A stretch of DNA of 63,119 nt, filler included, from Octopus bimaculoides (Eukaryota), in NCBI RefSeq assembly GCF_001194135.2. It is 4 parts of 4 records of this genome, joined end to end, with 100 filler letters (N's around TTAATTAATTAA, not from the genome) between each part and the next. Parts side by side here need not be neighbours in the genome. Positions count along the whole stretch, not along the records: positions 1 to 29,927 come from NC_068987.1; 3 more parts are not named here. One strand, written 5' to 3'. The position numbers were made by a program, and so were the translations under genes. This document shows, piece after piece, positions 11,837-23,204 of this stretch (the stretch's first letter is position 1; each line of letters starts with the position of its first letter). The notes under the pieces were generated by a model. It was given only the letters and a program-made list of their open reading frames with translations. It made no database searches and was not told the DNA's origin.

Positions 11837-13560
11837 ATGAGAGCTATGTGTCTGGTTTAATGCAGCTAGTGCAGATACATTCGGTTTCAAACTTGTCGAC
11901 TTTAGCCGGAAGTCTCTTCGTTGTGTCACATCCAGTTCAATTCTTTTATGGGAAAGTAAAGTTCTAACATGGTTAAAACTAGATTCAACCAGGTATGAGG
12001 TAGAGAGGGCAAGCAAAAGATGTATCAGATGTTTCCACAGATCGGGGTAGGAATTCAATATACTGTAATGGTACCACAAACCTTCTTTGTCATTACGGCG
12101 ATATCACATTATGGCGTCATTGTCATCTTGTAATTATATCAAGTCCTCCTGAACGTCATCCTCGCAATCGACTGCATCGACCTCAAACAGATTGCTATAC
12201 CAATTTGGAATATTCAGCGCAATAACACCTTGAAATTGCTCCACCATGTTATCGTGCAATGATTGTAAATAGTTGCGATATGTAGTTAAATTCTCATCAA
12301 CCAATTCATCAAGTTGTGGAAATTGATGGAATTAACGTTTGAAATGTTAGTCTTATACAACACCAATTTCGAAATGAAGGTAGTGATAAATGATTTACAA
12401 TCAACGAGTGTTTTTCTGTTTCCTTGCAATAACTTATTCAAATCATTTAATTTTGTGAATATATCACCAAGAAAAAGACATAGCACCTTACAGCCATCAA
12501 TGAAGTGGATAGTGGAGTATCTTCAAAGAAAGATATAATTATATGAAACAGTTCAACAAAGTGTAAAACACAGTTTCCTTTTGACAGCTATCACACTTTG
12601 GTATGGTATATGAGTTGAGTATGGCCCTCATCATTTCTCAGAGAGTTGACGGAAAATTCGATCAGACAAGAGACTGGACTTCAGTTTGTTCACAGTCTTG
12701 ATACCTAACTACAGCGCATCATTCAATCTACTGTTCATATTATTTGCCGGTGTACCAAGTAATGAACAGTTAGTATCTGGTGGGAAATTTCACGCTTTAG
12801 GAGAGATGAAAAATCTCTGTATCTTTCAATCATCGAAGGGGCCCCATCAGACGCACAGGCAATAATATTACTGAGTGGGATATTATGTTTAAAAAGGAAA
12901 GGCTTAAGAGTGAAAAAAATAGCTGCACCTTTTGAATCAAGCAGCAATTTATCTGTGAACAGCATTTCCTCACAAGGTTGAAGGTCTTCGCTGAAATATC
13001 GAACATACACCATCATCAAACATTGGTTGTCCACAACAGCTGACTCATCCACTTGTATAGTAAATTTAGAATACTGGAGAGTACTAATGAGCTGATGTTT
13101 GACATCGTTGGCCATTTCATCGATGTGTTATTACTAAGTGGGATCTTCTTCATAATGCTACCGAGTTTTTCATGCATAACAGTTGAGACAAAACCTCTTC
13201 AATAACTGGGTGAAGTAATGTTTCTCTAGTTGTGTGAGACTTCCCAGACTTAGCAAAAAGCAATGCAATGTTGTACGATGCAATCAGCCATCATTCTTCT
13301 GCTTACTAGTTTCCTGGAGTAGTGTGTTGAATGTTTGTATTTGCTTTTTGAAAGAGGAGCTCAGTTGCAAAATGTGTGATAACGGCTTGTCCTCGTCAGA
13401 ATTCTTTGCATCAAAATGATACTTCAAGCGTGAAGGTTTCATTGCTTCGTTGGTCAATATTCGATGGCAAAGAAGGTACATTGATAACTGACAGTTCTGA
13501 GGACAGGGAAAAAATCCAAACGATAAATAACCACTACTAAAATGTGAAAAGGAATTTCTA
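11837..13560 (-). pseudogene. hAT transposase pseudogene
   Basis: Successive ORFs give AMKPSRLKYHF (zinc-finger region), FTIQVDES, IIACASDGAPSM, FLGDIFTKLNDLNKLLQG and STSYLVESSF (dimerisation domain), with multiple frameshifts and stops. Confidence 0.9.
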
Positions 13561-15328
13561 CAGACGGCATCAGAAAGGCAGTATGGTATTCCCAAAGAGA
13601 AGAAGAAATCAATAGAGCAGTCAGATGACACGTCTTTACTGGAGCAAATACGGATCTAGTTCATTTGGATGCCAGCATTTCAAAAATTGAAGTCTATCGA
13701 AAACTTTAAGATTTGACACATTAATGTACCTATCCAAGCTAAATTGCTGGAGTTCTTCAACTTTTTCCAGAAAAATGTTTTAAAAAAGTTATAGAGGTTT
13801 AAAGCTTGATCATTTTCACCCAATCAAGAAATACGATTTCAAAGCTGTCATTTTGTGCGTGACTGCACATTTTGTCAACATCCTGAAAATAGCAGTCGTT
13901 TTTTTTTATATGAAACCACAGAATTAATCACGACGTATAATCCTTCATAACTTTTTATTTTTCGAAGTTTTCAGAAATTTTTTGCGAATTTGAATTCTAT
14001 ACGCTGGACTTCATACGATTATGCCAAAGAACTAAAAAAAAATTGTGGTGGAGTGTGATTTAAGTCTTAGGCCTATTTGGCTGCTATTTTTAGCACACAT
14101 GACAACCATCTCAATGACTGCGAAAAAAAATTCGATTGATTTAGCAAGTCCACTTTTTTAATACAAAGTGACGTCTCACGCGAGTAGTCAAATCGATAAA
14201 AATGCATCCTTATTCTAGGCATACCTAGATATCAGTAAATGCAGACTTACTTTCTGAAAATTCCTTGTCACCCACAAAATGTTCATATTGCCCACTAAAA
14301 TCTCATATTATCTACCATTTTCTACAAATTCGCCCATTGCCCACCTGAAAGTTGAAATCGCCCACCCGGTGGGCGATATCGCCCTCTTTGGGAAGCTATG
14401 CTTTAGAGTGATTTTTTTTCGCCAGCTATTATTTAACCATATTTCTGCAAAACGGTCTCCTTTTAATGGTTGTAAATATTCTCTGTCAAATTTTGAGGAT
14501 ATTCGCGGATAGCCAAAAGTTCAGTTTTGAGACAGCAATACGGACCACCTAAAGGTCCCTATTTAATTTCCAGTTTTCAGGTTATATATATATACGTATA
14601 TACACACATGTGTGTGTGTGTGTGCGTAATATTCATGCAAGCACGCGGGCGCAAGCACACACTCATATGTTACAGTTTTCATACTGGTAGTGTTTGCACA
14701 GCGATGCTTTGCTTTGCTTTAATCAATTGGTCACCGGAGATCCAGATTTTGACCGTTTCCGTCTTTAAGGTTCCTTCGACTTGTATTTTGTAGCAGTGAT
14801 GCTGCAAGTGAATGTCCCAATGTAGTTGCCATTTTGGTATTGTAGCATGCATCATTGTTTTCTTTATAAGTTCAATGTGATCCAGTTATGGCAGTGCCAC
14901 CCACCAGATCTCATCTTCACTTAAAGAAGCATTTTCTACCACCACTGTACCTTAGATGAGTCCTTAAGAGCTGCTTTTCAAATTATCTTTATGTCATAAG
15001 GTCTGTTCGCTGCTTCCCTTTTCCAGTATGGTTTGGGAACACGAGTTTCTTTTCCCCAATTCTACTTTCATATTCCAGATATTAAGCACTATTTAGAAGT
15101 AATGGGTTTGTCTTACCTATGTTTACAATACTACATCACCTTTTCTCGCTTTCCTTTTAGAAAATGCAGTTGTTTACTGTCAACTTAATGTGACAGACCC
15201 ATTAAGGGAATCATACTGCTGCTATTTAGCCCTAGGAAGCTGGAACGCTTCCTGTTGGCCTTGACACATTTCCTGTGTCCTTATATTTGTGAAGGGAAGA
15301 CAAACTTCCCCACCCAGCCTAGTCTGCA

Positions 15329-15371
15329 TTCAGGGACATGTTTCTGAGTCATTGCTCGTCATCAGCCTGAA
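15329..15371 (-). ncRNA. Minimal type I hammerhead ribozyme (left arm)
   Basis: UUCAGG-CUGAUGA-CGAG-CAAUGA-CUCA-GAA-ACAUGU-C-CCUGAA, with a C-A mismatch at the base of stem II. Confidence 0.7.
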
Positions 15372-15520
15372 GTAGCCGACCAGCCAGCTGAAAAAGCATG
15401 TCTAGCCTTTACAATTATATATAGATCATTTCTAATTTTGTAACCAGTGAATGTGTTTTCACTGAAAATATATATATTTGTGAAGGCTAGACATGCTTTT
15501 TCAGCTGGCTGGTCGGCTAC

Positions 15521-15563
15521 TTCAGGCTGATGATGAGCAATGACTCAGAAACATGTCCCTGAA
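15521..15563 (+). ncRNA. Minimal type I hammerhead ribozyme (right arm)
   Basis: UUCAGG-CUGAUGA-UGAG-CAAUGA-CUCA-GAA-ACAUGU-C-CCUGAA: perfect 6-bp stem I, 4-bp stem II, 6-nt palindromic stem III, GUC triplet. Confidence 0.85.
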
Positions 15564-16595
15564 TGCAGACTAGGCTGGGTGGGGACGTTTGTCTCCCCTT
15601 CACAAATATAATGACACAGGAAATGTGTCAAGGCCAACAGGAAGCGGTCCAGCTTCCCAGGGCTAAATAGCAGCAGTATAATTCCCTTAATAGATCTGTC
15701 ACATTAAGTTGACAGTAAACAACTGCTTTATCGTAACACTGCTGCTTATGTCTCTCTGTGAGATTTATAATTAAATAATTTCTAACTTTTAGAAAATGAT
15801 TGAATGCAATTGATTTTCGTGCTGCACTTAGTGCACTAGTAATGATATATAAAACTCAGTTATTATGTATTAAGAAATACTCAGAATTCACGACCTGACT
15901 ACATAAATTAACGCTTCTTATGCAGGTATCTGTGTACGTGTTTTCTGTGTGTGTGTACGTGTGTGTGTATTTGTATAAAACCACAGTTATTATTCTAAAG
16001 CTAGCTTAAGAATACCTACGGAACACTTACTGAGTTTGTGACTCAGTAGTGAGAGGATAGCCGGATTTATGGCAAAATTGAAGTTGAATGACGTTTAAAA
16101 TTTTGTTTCTTAATGTTTACTCATTCCCTCAAGCACTTACTTACTCCAAATGACTGATAAGTGAGGCTGGGAGAGAGTTTATATAAATATACACTTACAA
16201 CATATGAGAGGGAGAATGTACTTCACTTTGAATAAGTGTATGTAATCATTTATATATTTTCGAATTATATTTAGAGTCAATAAATACATATGTTAATGAA
16301 AGTATAAGTGAACAAAACTACACGTACGTATTTAAAAATCATTCACATTCCTTCTGGTGGTCTCCTTATCTTAACTTCTTTTTCGTACATGATAAGCATA
16401 CATTTTGGAAACAAACCATTACACGCATACATATGCATAGAGACACGCGCGCAGCTTATATAAACGCGCGCGCGCACACACACACTCACACACACATACA
16501 CTCACACATGCGAATATTTGTATTCGTGTGTGTGTATATATATATGTGTATATATATATAAATATATATGTATATACATATATAAAATTTATATG

Positions 16596-16639
<44 letters not shown>

Positions 16640-16948
16640 NNNNNNNNNNNNNNNNNNNNNNNNNNNNNNNNNNNNNNNNNNNNNNNNNNNNNNNNNNNNN
16701 NNNNNNNNNNNNNNNNNNNNNNNNNNNNNNNNNNNNNNNNNNNNNNNNNNNNNNNNNNNNNNNNNNNNNNNNNNNNNNNNNNNNNNNNNNNNNNNNNNNN
16801 ATATATGTGGGTGTGTGTGTGTGTATGTGTGCGTGCGTGTGTGTTTGCATATATATGGATATGTATGTATATATATATTATGTATATGTATATATATGTT
16901 TGTATATACACATACATACACATACATATATATATACATATATGCATG

Positions 16949-16989
<41 letters not shown>

Positions 16990-17070
16990 NNNNNNNNNNN
17001 NNNNNNNNNNNNNNNNNNNNNNNNNNNNNNNNNNNNNNNNNNNNNNNNNNNNNNNNNNNNNNNNNNNNNN

Positions 17071-17126
<56 letters not shown>

Positions 17127-17881
17127 GGAAATATGTGTATATGCTTTCAAGTTTTGCGTTTGTACGGAACTGTTTTTTTATTTCTTGGCAACCAATGCCT
17201 GAAAATATAAAACTAAAGAAGAACACTTTGGTATGTCAATCCTCTCCATCCACTGGCAGAAAATCAACAATCTCTTTATCTTTTAACTCTTTTTACTGTT
17301 GTTATTTTTGTTTAGTTTTATTCCTGTTTATCTTTTGACTTCCTTTATAGTGTGAAGGGTGTGTATGTGGAGGGTGGATATATTGAAATCAAAAGAAGAA
17401 AGACAATAAAATAACAGCAATATGTACAGATGCAAGCGGCACTGTTTTCCATAGATTGATGTTGAAGTATTTCAACAGTTGGCCTGCCAATTCTATGCTT
17501 AACAATCCACCCAACCTAACAACACCACCTGGCTCATGAATTCCGTTACAAGAATTTTAAGATTATTGTTTCAATACTATATACTTTCCACTCCCGGAAA
17601 ATTGATACTGGGAACCATCCAGTTCAATTCCTGTTTTTTGGAACCTAACAATAATCCAATACAATGTGAACAGTCTAGGAATCAGGTCAGCAACCACTTC
17701 AGGACTACTGGAGTGGGGATCTGATATTCATTCATTTCAGTTTCACAAGTAAAATGTGTTATTGGGGACCTAACACTTCACACGTTAACTTACAAAAACA
17801 AACGAATTCATATATAAAATATGTGATAGAATATCACTCAATCAATCAGTCAATCAGCCTATCTATCAATCTATCCACATA

Positions 17882-17937
<56 letters not shown>

Positions 17938-18573
17938 ATCATATATACACTTCAACATATTCATATACTAAGGTACATATATATATNNNNNNNNNNNNNN
18001 NNNNNNNNNNNNNNNNNNNNNNNNNNNNNNNNNNNNNNNNNNNNNNNNNNNNNNNNNNNNNNNNNNNNNNNNNNNNNNNNNNNNNNNNNNNNNNNNNNNN
18101 NNNNNNNNNNNNNNNNNNNNNNNNNNNNNNNNNNNNNNNNNNNNNNNNNNNNNNNNNNNNNNNNNNNNNNNNNNNNNNNNNNNNNNNNNNNNNNNNNNNN
18201 NNNNNNNNNNNNNNNNNNNNNNNNNNNNNNNNNNNNNNNNNNNNNNNNNNNNNNNNNNNNNNNNNNNNNNNNNNNNNNNNNNNNNNNNNNNNNNNNNNNN
18301 NNNNNNNNNNNNNNNNNNNNNNNNNNNNNNNNNNNNNNNNNNNNNNNNNNNNNNNNNNNNNNNNNNNNNNNNNTGAGTGTGTGCACGCTCATATGTGTGC
18401 ACGCACTTATGTGTTCGTGCTTATATGTAAGTATGTGCGTCCATATGTGTGTTTGTAACAATTTCGTTTATATCAGATCAGATAGAGACTTTTTAATTAA
18501 TTTATTTACGTTCATATTCCGCATCATATGTGTGAACAACAAATGCAACCATGAGCAATTGTAAGGCCCTCAT

Positions 18574-18938
18574 TTACGTGTATTTGGTGTTTAAAATTGG
18601 TTGCGTTTCAGTTATGAGGACCGACTCCTGTATTTGTCGCAACGATGCGTCACCGGGGTGTCTTGACAGGATTCCTATGCTAATTCTGTCCAGTACACCA
18701 CCATGTTGTTCTTTGGCATGCTGGTAGAGTACCGAGGTTTGTCTTTGATTATTATAGTCCCTCCAATGTTCCTTTACACGCTCTGCCAAACTTCTTGCCG
18801 TTTCACCTCAAAAGTACCAAGTTGAGGATAAATGTTATAGAAAAACCAGGGAGATCAATTAGATCAATAATATGTAAAACATATCCCTTCAGAAGAACAA
18901 GGTGTGTTGAGGAGAGTTGCATTGTGTGCAAAAATAGT
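18574..18938. pseudogene. Penelope-like GIY-YIG fragment with internal inversion
   Basis: Minus 18574-18789 gives RVKEHW...LYQH...LRQIQESVLI (C-terminal end). Plus 18795-18938 gives RINVIEKPGRSIRSIIC...C..C (upstream linker), homologous to ORF 44066-44383. Confidence 0.75.
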
Positions 18939-19474
18939 NNNNNNNNNNNNNNNNNNNNNNNNNNNNNNNNNNNNNNNNNNNNNNNNNNNNNNNNNNNNNN
19001 NNNNNNNNNNNNNNNNNNNNNNNNNNNNNNNNNNNNNNNNNNNNNNNNNNNNNNNNNNNNNNNNNNNNNNNNNNNNNNNNNNNNNNNNNNNNNNNNNNNN
19101 NNNNNNNNNNNNNNNNNNNNNNNNNNNNNNNNNNNNNNNNNNNNNNNNNNNNNNNNNNNNNNNNNNNNNNNNNNNNNNNNNNNNNNNNNNNNNNNNNNNN
19201 NNNNNNNNNNNNNNNNNNNNNNNNNNNNNNNNNNNNNNNNNNNNNNNNNNNNNNNNNNNNNNNNNNNNNNNNNNNNNNNNNNNNNNNNNNNNNNNNNNNN
19301 NNNNNNNNNNNNNNNNNNNNNNNNNNNNNNNNNNNNNNNNNNNNNNNNNNNNNNNNNNNNNNNNNNNNNNNNNNNNNNNNNNNNNNNNNNNNNNNNNNNN
19401 NNNNNNNNNNTAATTGTATTTCTTTCAACACACGTATCCACATCAAGAATCTTGCACACGAAATACACATACGA

Positions 19475-19505
<31 letters not shown>

Positions 19506-19581
19506 GTATATAGATAGATAGATGGATGGACGTATGTATGGATGGATGGATGGATGTATATACATGTGTGTTTGTGCGCGC

Positions 19582-19616
<35 letters not shown>

Positions 19617-19659
19617 ATATACTGTTCCATGATAGAAAATTCAACAAAAACATTCACTT

Positions 19660-20400
19660 AGGTCGGCCCTTTGTAGGGACGATGGCCTAGCTACCTCAAG
19701 CCATATGAATGACCACGCCATGGACAAGTTCCGGAAGGAGTTGATAAAAATATTTAAAAAGTTCGGCCTGTCCTTAACGGTTACTACTAACCTGACGTAG
19801 ATTTCTTGCACGTAATCTTAGCCATGAACACGGGCAATTACTACCCCTGCAGTAAGCCGAGTAAAGAAACGGTATATATCCACAAGAGCTCAACCACCTT
19901 CCCCGCTGTAATTAAAAAACTGGTTTCAGGCATTAGCAAACGGATGTCTAAACTCTCAGTCAACATGAAGATCTTTAATAGGGCTGTCTCCCTCTACAAC
20001 AATGCTTTAGCTAGGAGCGAAATTTTCTGAGAAGCTCATGTACCCCAAACACCTTCTCCTCACCCCATGAAAATTATGAAAAGGAAAATAATCGGGTATA
20101 TCCTCCAATTTAACCTAGAAGTTTCTAGGGGCTTCCTGTCATTAATAAAGAAACATTTACCCAAATGCCATAAGTATTACAAACTCTTCAGCCCCATAAT
20201 ATCAAGATAAGCTTGGAGAACAGCGCATCTAACATCACACGCATCAATAGACGTAAAAACGCACCCACACAACCTCCAACCCCAAACTGCAGCTTCCGAA
20301 ACCCTACCACCTGCCCTCTAGGAGTATCCTGCCTCTCAAGGGCCACCTTTACATAGTCCGATGACATTACTAGGCATTATACGGCCATGACAGCCAATGA
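19660..20400 (+). pseudogene. Penelope-like RT/linker fragment (same type as 990-1890)
   Basis: VGLCRDDGL, FKKFGL, YYPCSKP...VYIHKSS, ISKRMSKLS...YNNALARS and a C..C..P..CPL motif, frameshifted. Confidence 0.8.
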
Positions 20401-20552
20401 CTTCAATAGAAGATATTCCCAGCACTTGCATTCATTTAGATCCAGGGATAGAGAGAACTCCACTTCCCTGTCGGGCTTTCTCTGCAGACTTCGTGACCTC
20501 CGAGACGAATCACATGATTATAAATATATATTCATATAATTACCGTTATGAA

Positions 20553-20586
<34 letters not shown>

Positions 20587-21477
20587 ATGTGTGCAAATAC
20601 ATGATCATATATAAGGCAATGAGCACAAGAATTCAATCCGAGAAAGGCAAATTTTAAGTAATGTTATATTAGTTTAACGCTTAACAAGAAAGGGAGCTTT
20701 GACGTTTCGGACGCTGGCTCTTCAACAGATATAATAAATAATGACAAACAGTGTTTGGCGAAAACAACAGTGGCTAGGATCCTGGTGCAAATACAGTATA
20801 CAGTTCTAGGGGTGGTGGGAATTTAGGACGAAAAGAGGCGATTGTGTGTGTATGAATAGAAGTGTAGTTTTATATATAATTGGACATAAACATATGCAAT
20901 GAATGGTATAAGTGCATGTGGTTTATTTGGTTGTTTGTATATATGTGGGGGGGGGGTGCATGTGTAGGAGTTTTGCGACGTTGGATAGTGGGATATGGGA
21001 AGAAGGTATATATGTGTAATCATGTTGTATTGAGAAGAACGCGCGGAGAAGAGAAGGATGTGGCATGTGTAAGTGTGAAGATGAAAGGGAAGCTTGTAGG
21101 AATGTGGTATTTAAAATTAAAAAAACAGTGTGAATAATGAAAAACTATTTACGATTAGGAAATTCATATCACTAGTGAAAAGGCTGAAGGTTATATAACA
21201 GAATTGTCCGGAGAAAGTAATAACAGAAGTATAAAAAACGAAAGTGGGTACAGAGAGAAAACGAAAGAGAGAAAAGAAGAGGAAACAATTTGTGGTTGAA
21301 CACTGAAGAAAAGACTATGTTTTATGATTAAGAAAAAATTCACACTGACGAACATCTCTATATACAAATGCATGTACGCACACATATATGTATATATTTA
21401 TATAAACGTATATACATGCGTACTCACACACATATAAGTAGATCTACACGTATATGTATTCGTGTGTATGTGTGTAA

Positions 21478-21480
<3 letters not shown>

Positions 21481-21534
<54 letters not shown>

Positions 21535-21555
21535 GAGATAGATAGATAGATAGAC
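21481..21555. repeat. (GATA)n microsatellite
   Basis: Direct observation. Confidence 0.95.
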
Positions 21556-22134
21556 AACGAAGATAAGCTGAGGGAAATAATGCATGATGATTCTTGACAT
21601 GCATTTGAACAACAAATACGAATAAGGTTACATGCAATATCATATAAGATAGATCATATATAGATCGGAATTATCTCCGGTTACAGAGAAGACATATTAC
21701 TTGCCGGTAATTGGTACCGAATGAAAATGACGAGATGAGCTAACATGGTGAATCACGCATTCTCCATAATTAACATGCAATCTTTGAAAAGTTTGATTGC
21801 TTTAAGACAAGAGGATAACTAAAGACATGTTTTTTTGTGCCTCAGTAGCATTCATCAGCACAGCAATTCTCTTGGATATCTTCATCAGACATGTAACTGA
21901 GACTTATGCAAAAAGAAGGGTGCAACTCACTTATGGCTTTGATAATGAATTAGCTAAGCGTATATTGTTTGCTAAAACAGTAAATGCGTAAAATATTACT
22001 TACCCTACACTTATATTTAACTGCTATAGTCATTTCGGGATTTCTGGTCTCCATCAACATATATATATACATACTCACACACATGTATATATTATCATAC
22101 ATACATACACACATACATACATGCACGCACACAT

Positions 22135-22218
<84 letters not shown>

Positions 22219-22279
22219 ATCTATATACTATTAAAACTCTGTGATTGCTTGCTTGCGTTCTTGCTTGCTTAATACAACC

Positions 22280-22445
22280 AAACCGGCTGTGAAAATACTC
22301 TGAAAGTAAGGTACCATTGAAATGTGAGTACAAACGGAATAAAACAAGTTTCGCGAAAATCTGACCACGGGTTCCCGAGCTAGGCAATCTTTTCGGGTAC
22401 CTTGAACTATTGGTGACCCGACGGGTCCCGGGTAGTGTAGTAGAT
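22280..22445 (-). mobile_element. Possible non-autonomous Helitron/Helentron-type terminus
   Basis: CTACACTACCCGGGACCCGTCGGGTCACCAATAGTTCAA has a GACCCG/CGGGTC palindrome and a related copy at ~50965-51010 (+). The family assignment is from resemblance only. Confidence 0.4.
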
Positions 22446-23204
22446 AATATATATAAATATATATATATAAATATATATATACATACATATATATATAATA
22501 TATATATATACAAGAATAAGGGCAGGGAATCGTCAATTAATAATAGAATTAATAATTAACAATGTTGCCAAGTAGTTCAGTATGAAAAAACCTTTATCGG
22601 TAAAACCATTTATCATCATAAATATACAGGGATTAGCATTGAGTTGCTTCTCCAACATACTGNNNNNNNNNNNNNNNNNNNNNNNNNNNNNNNNNNNNNN
22701 NNNNNNNNNNNNNNNNNNNNNNNNNNNNNNNNNNNNNNNNNNNNNNNNNNNNNNNNNNNNNNNNNNNNNNNNNNNNNNNNNNNNNNNNNNNNNNNNNNNN
22801 NNNNNNNNNNNNNNNNNNNNNNNNNNNNNNNNNNNNNNNNNNNNNNNNNNNNNNNNNNNNNNNNNNNNNNNNNNNNNNNNNNNNNNNNNNNNNNNNNNNN
22901 NNNNNNNNNNNNNNNNNNNNNNNNNNNNNNNNNNNNNNNNNNNNNNNNNNNNNNNNNNNNNNNNNNNNNNNNNNNNNNNNNNNNNNNNNNNNNNNNNNNN
23001 NNNNNNNNNNNNNNNNNNNNNNNNNNNNNNNNNNNNNNNNNNNNNNNNNNNNNNNNNNNNNNNNNNNNNNNNTATATATGTATATGTATGTATGTATGCA
23101 TGTATGCATGTATGTATGTATGTATGTAAATGTGTAGATCTGTATGTTTTGTTTTGTGTGTGTATTCTCATGCATATTGTTGAATCTTTAGACATGTTCA
23201 TGTA

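Larger units (their letters stand above)
10484..14400 (-). mobile_element. End-to-end hAT DNA transposon (Buster/Charlie/ZBED5-like), decayed
   Basis: Left TIR CAGTGTTTCCCAAA and right TIR TTTGGGAAGCTATG (11/14 match). Perfect 8-bp TSD CTTTAGAG at 10476-10483 and 14401-14408. Transposase pseudogene inside. Confidence 0.9.
15166..15726. repeat. Fold-back element: ~255-bp inverted arms (~96% identical by eye) around a ~50-bp AT-rich spacer
   Basis: GCAGTTGTTTACTGTCAAC...GTTGACAGTAAACAACTGC, with about 10 mismatches between arms. No TSD seen. Confidence 0.95.

Noticed and set aside
15335-15402. p53-type half-sites (GGACATGTTT, AAGCATGTCT) in the fold-back arms
   Set aside because: They are isolated half-sites far apart, and the first is explained by the ribozyme's ACATGT palindrome.
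21820-21870. Minus-strand CTGATGA-ATGC...GCAC-AAAAAAACATGTC
   Set aside because: G12 is lost and stem I does not pair. At best a dead relic.
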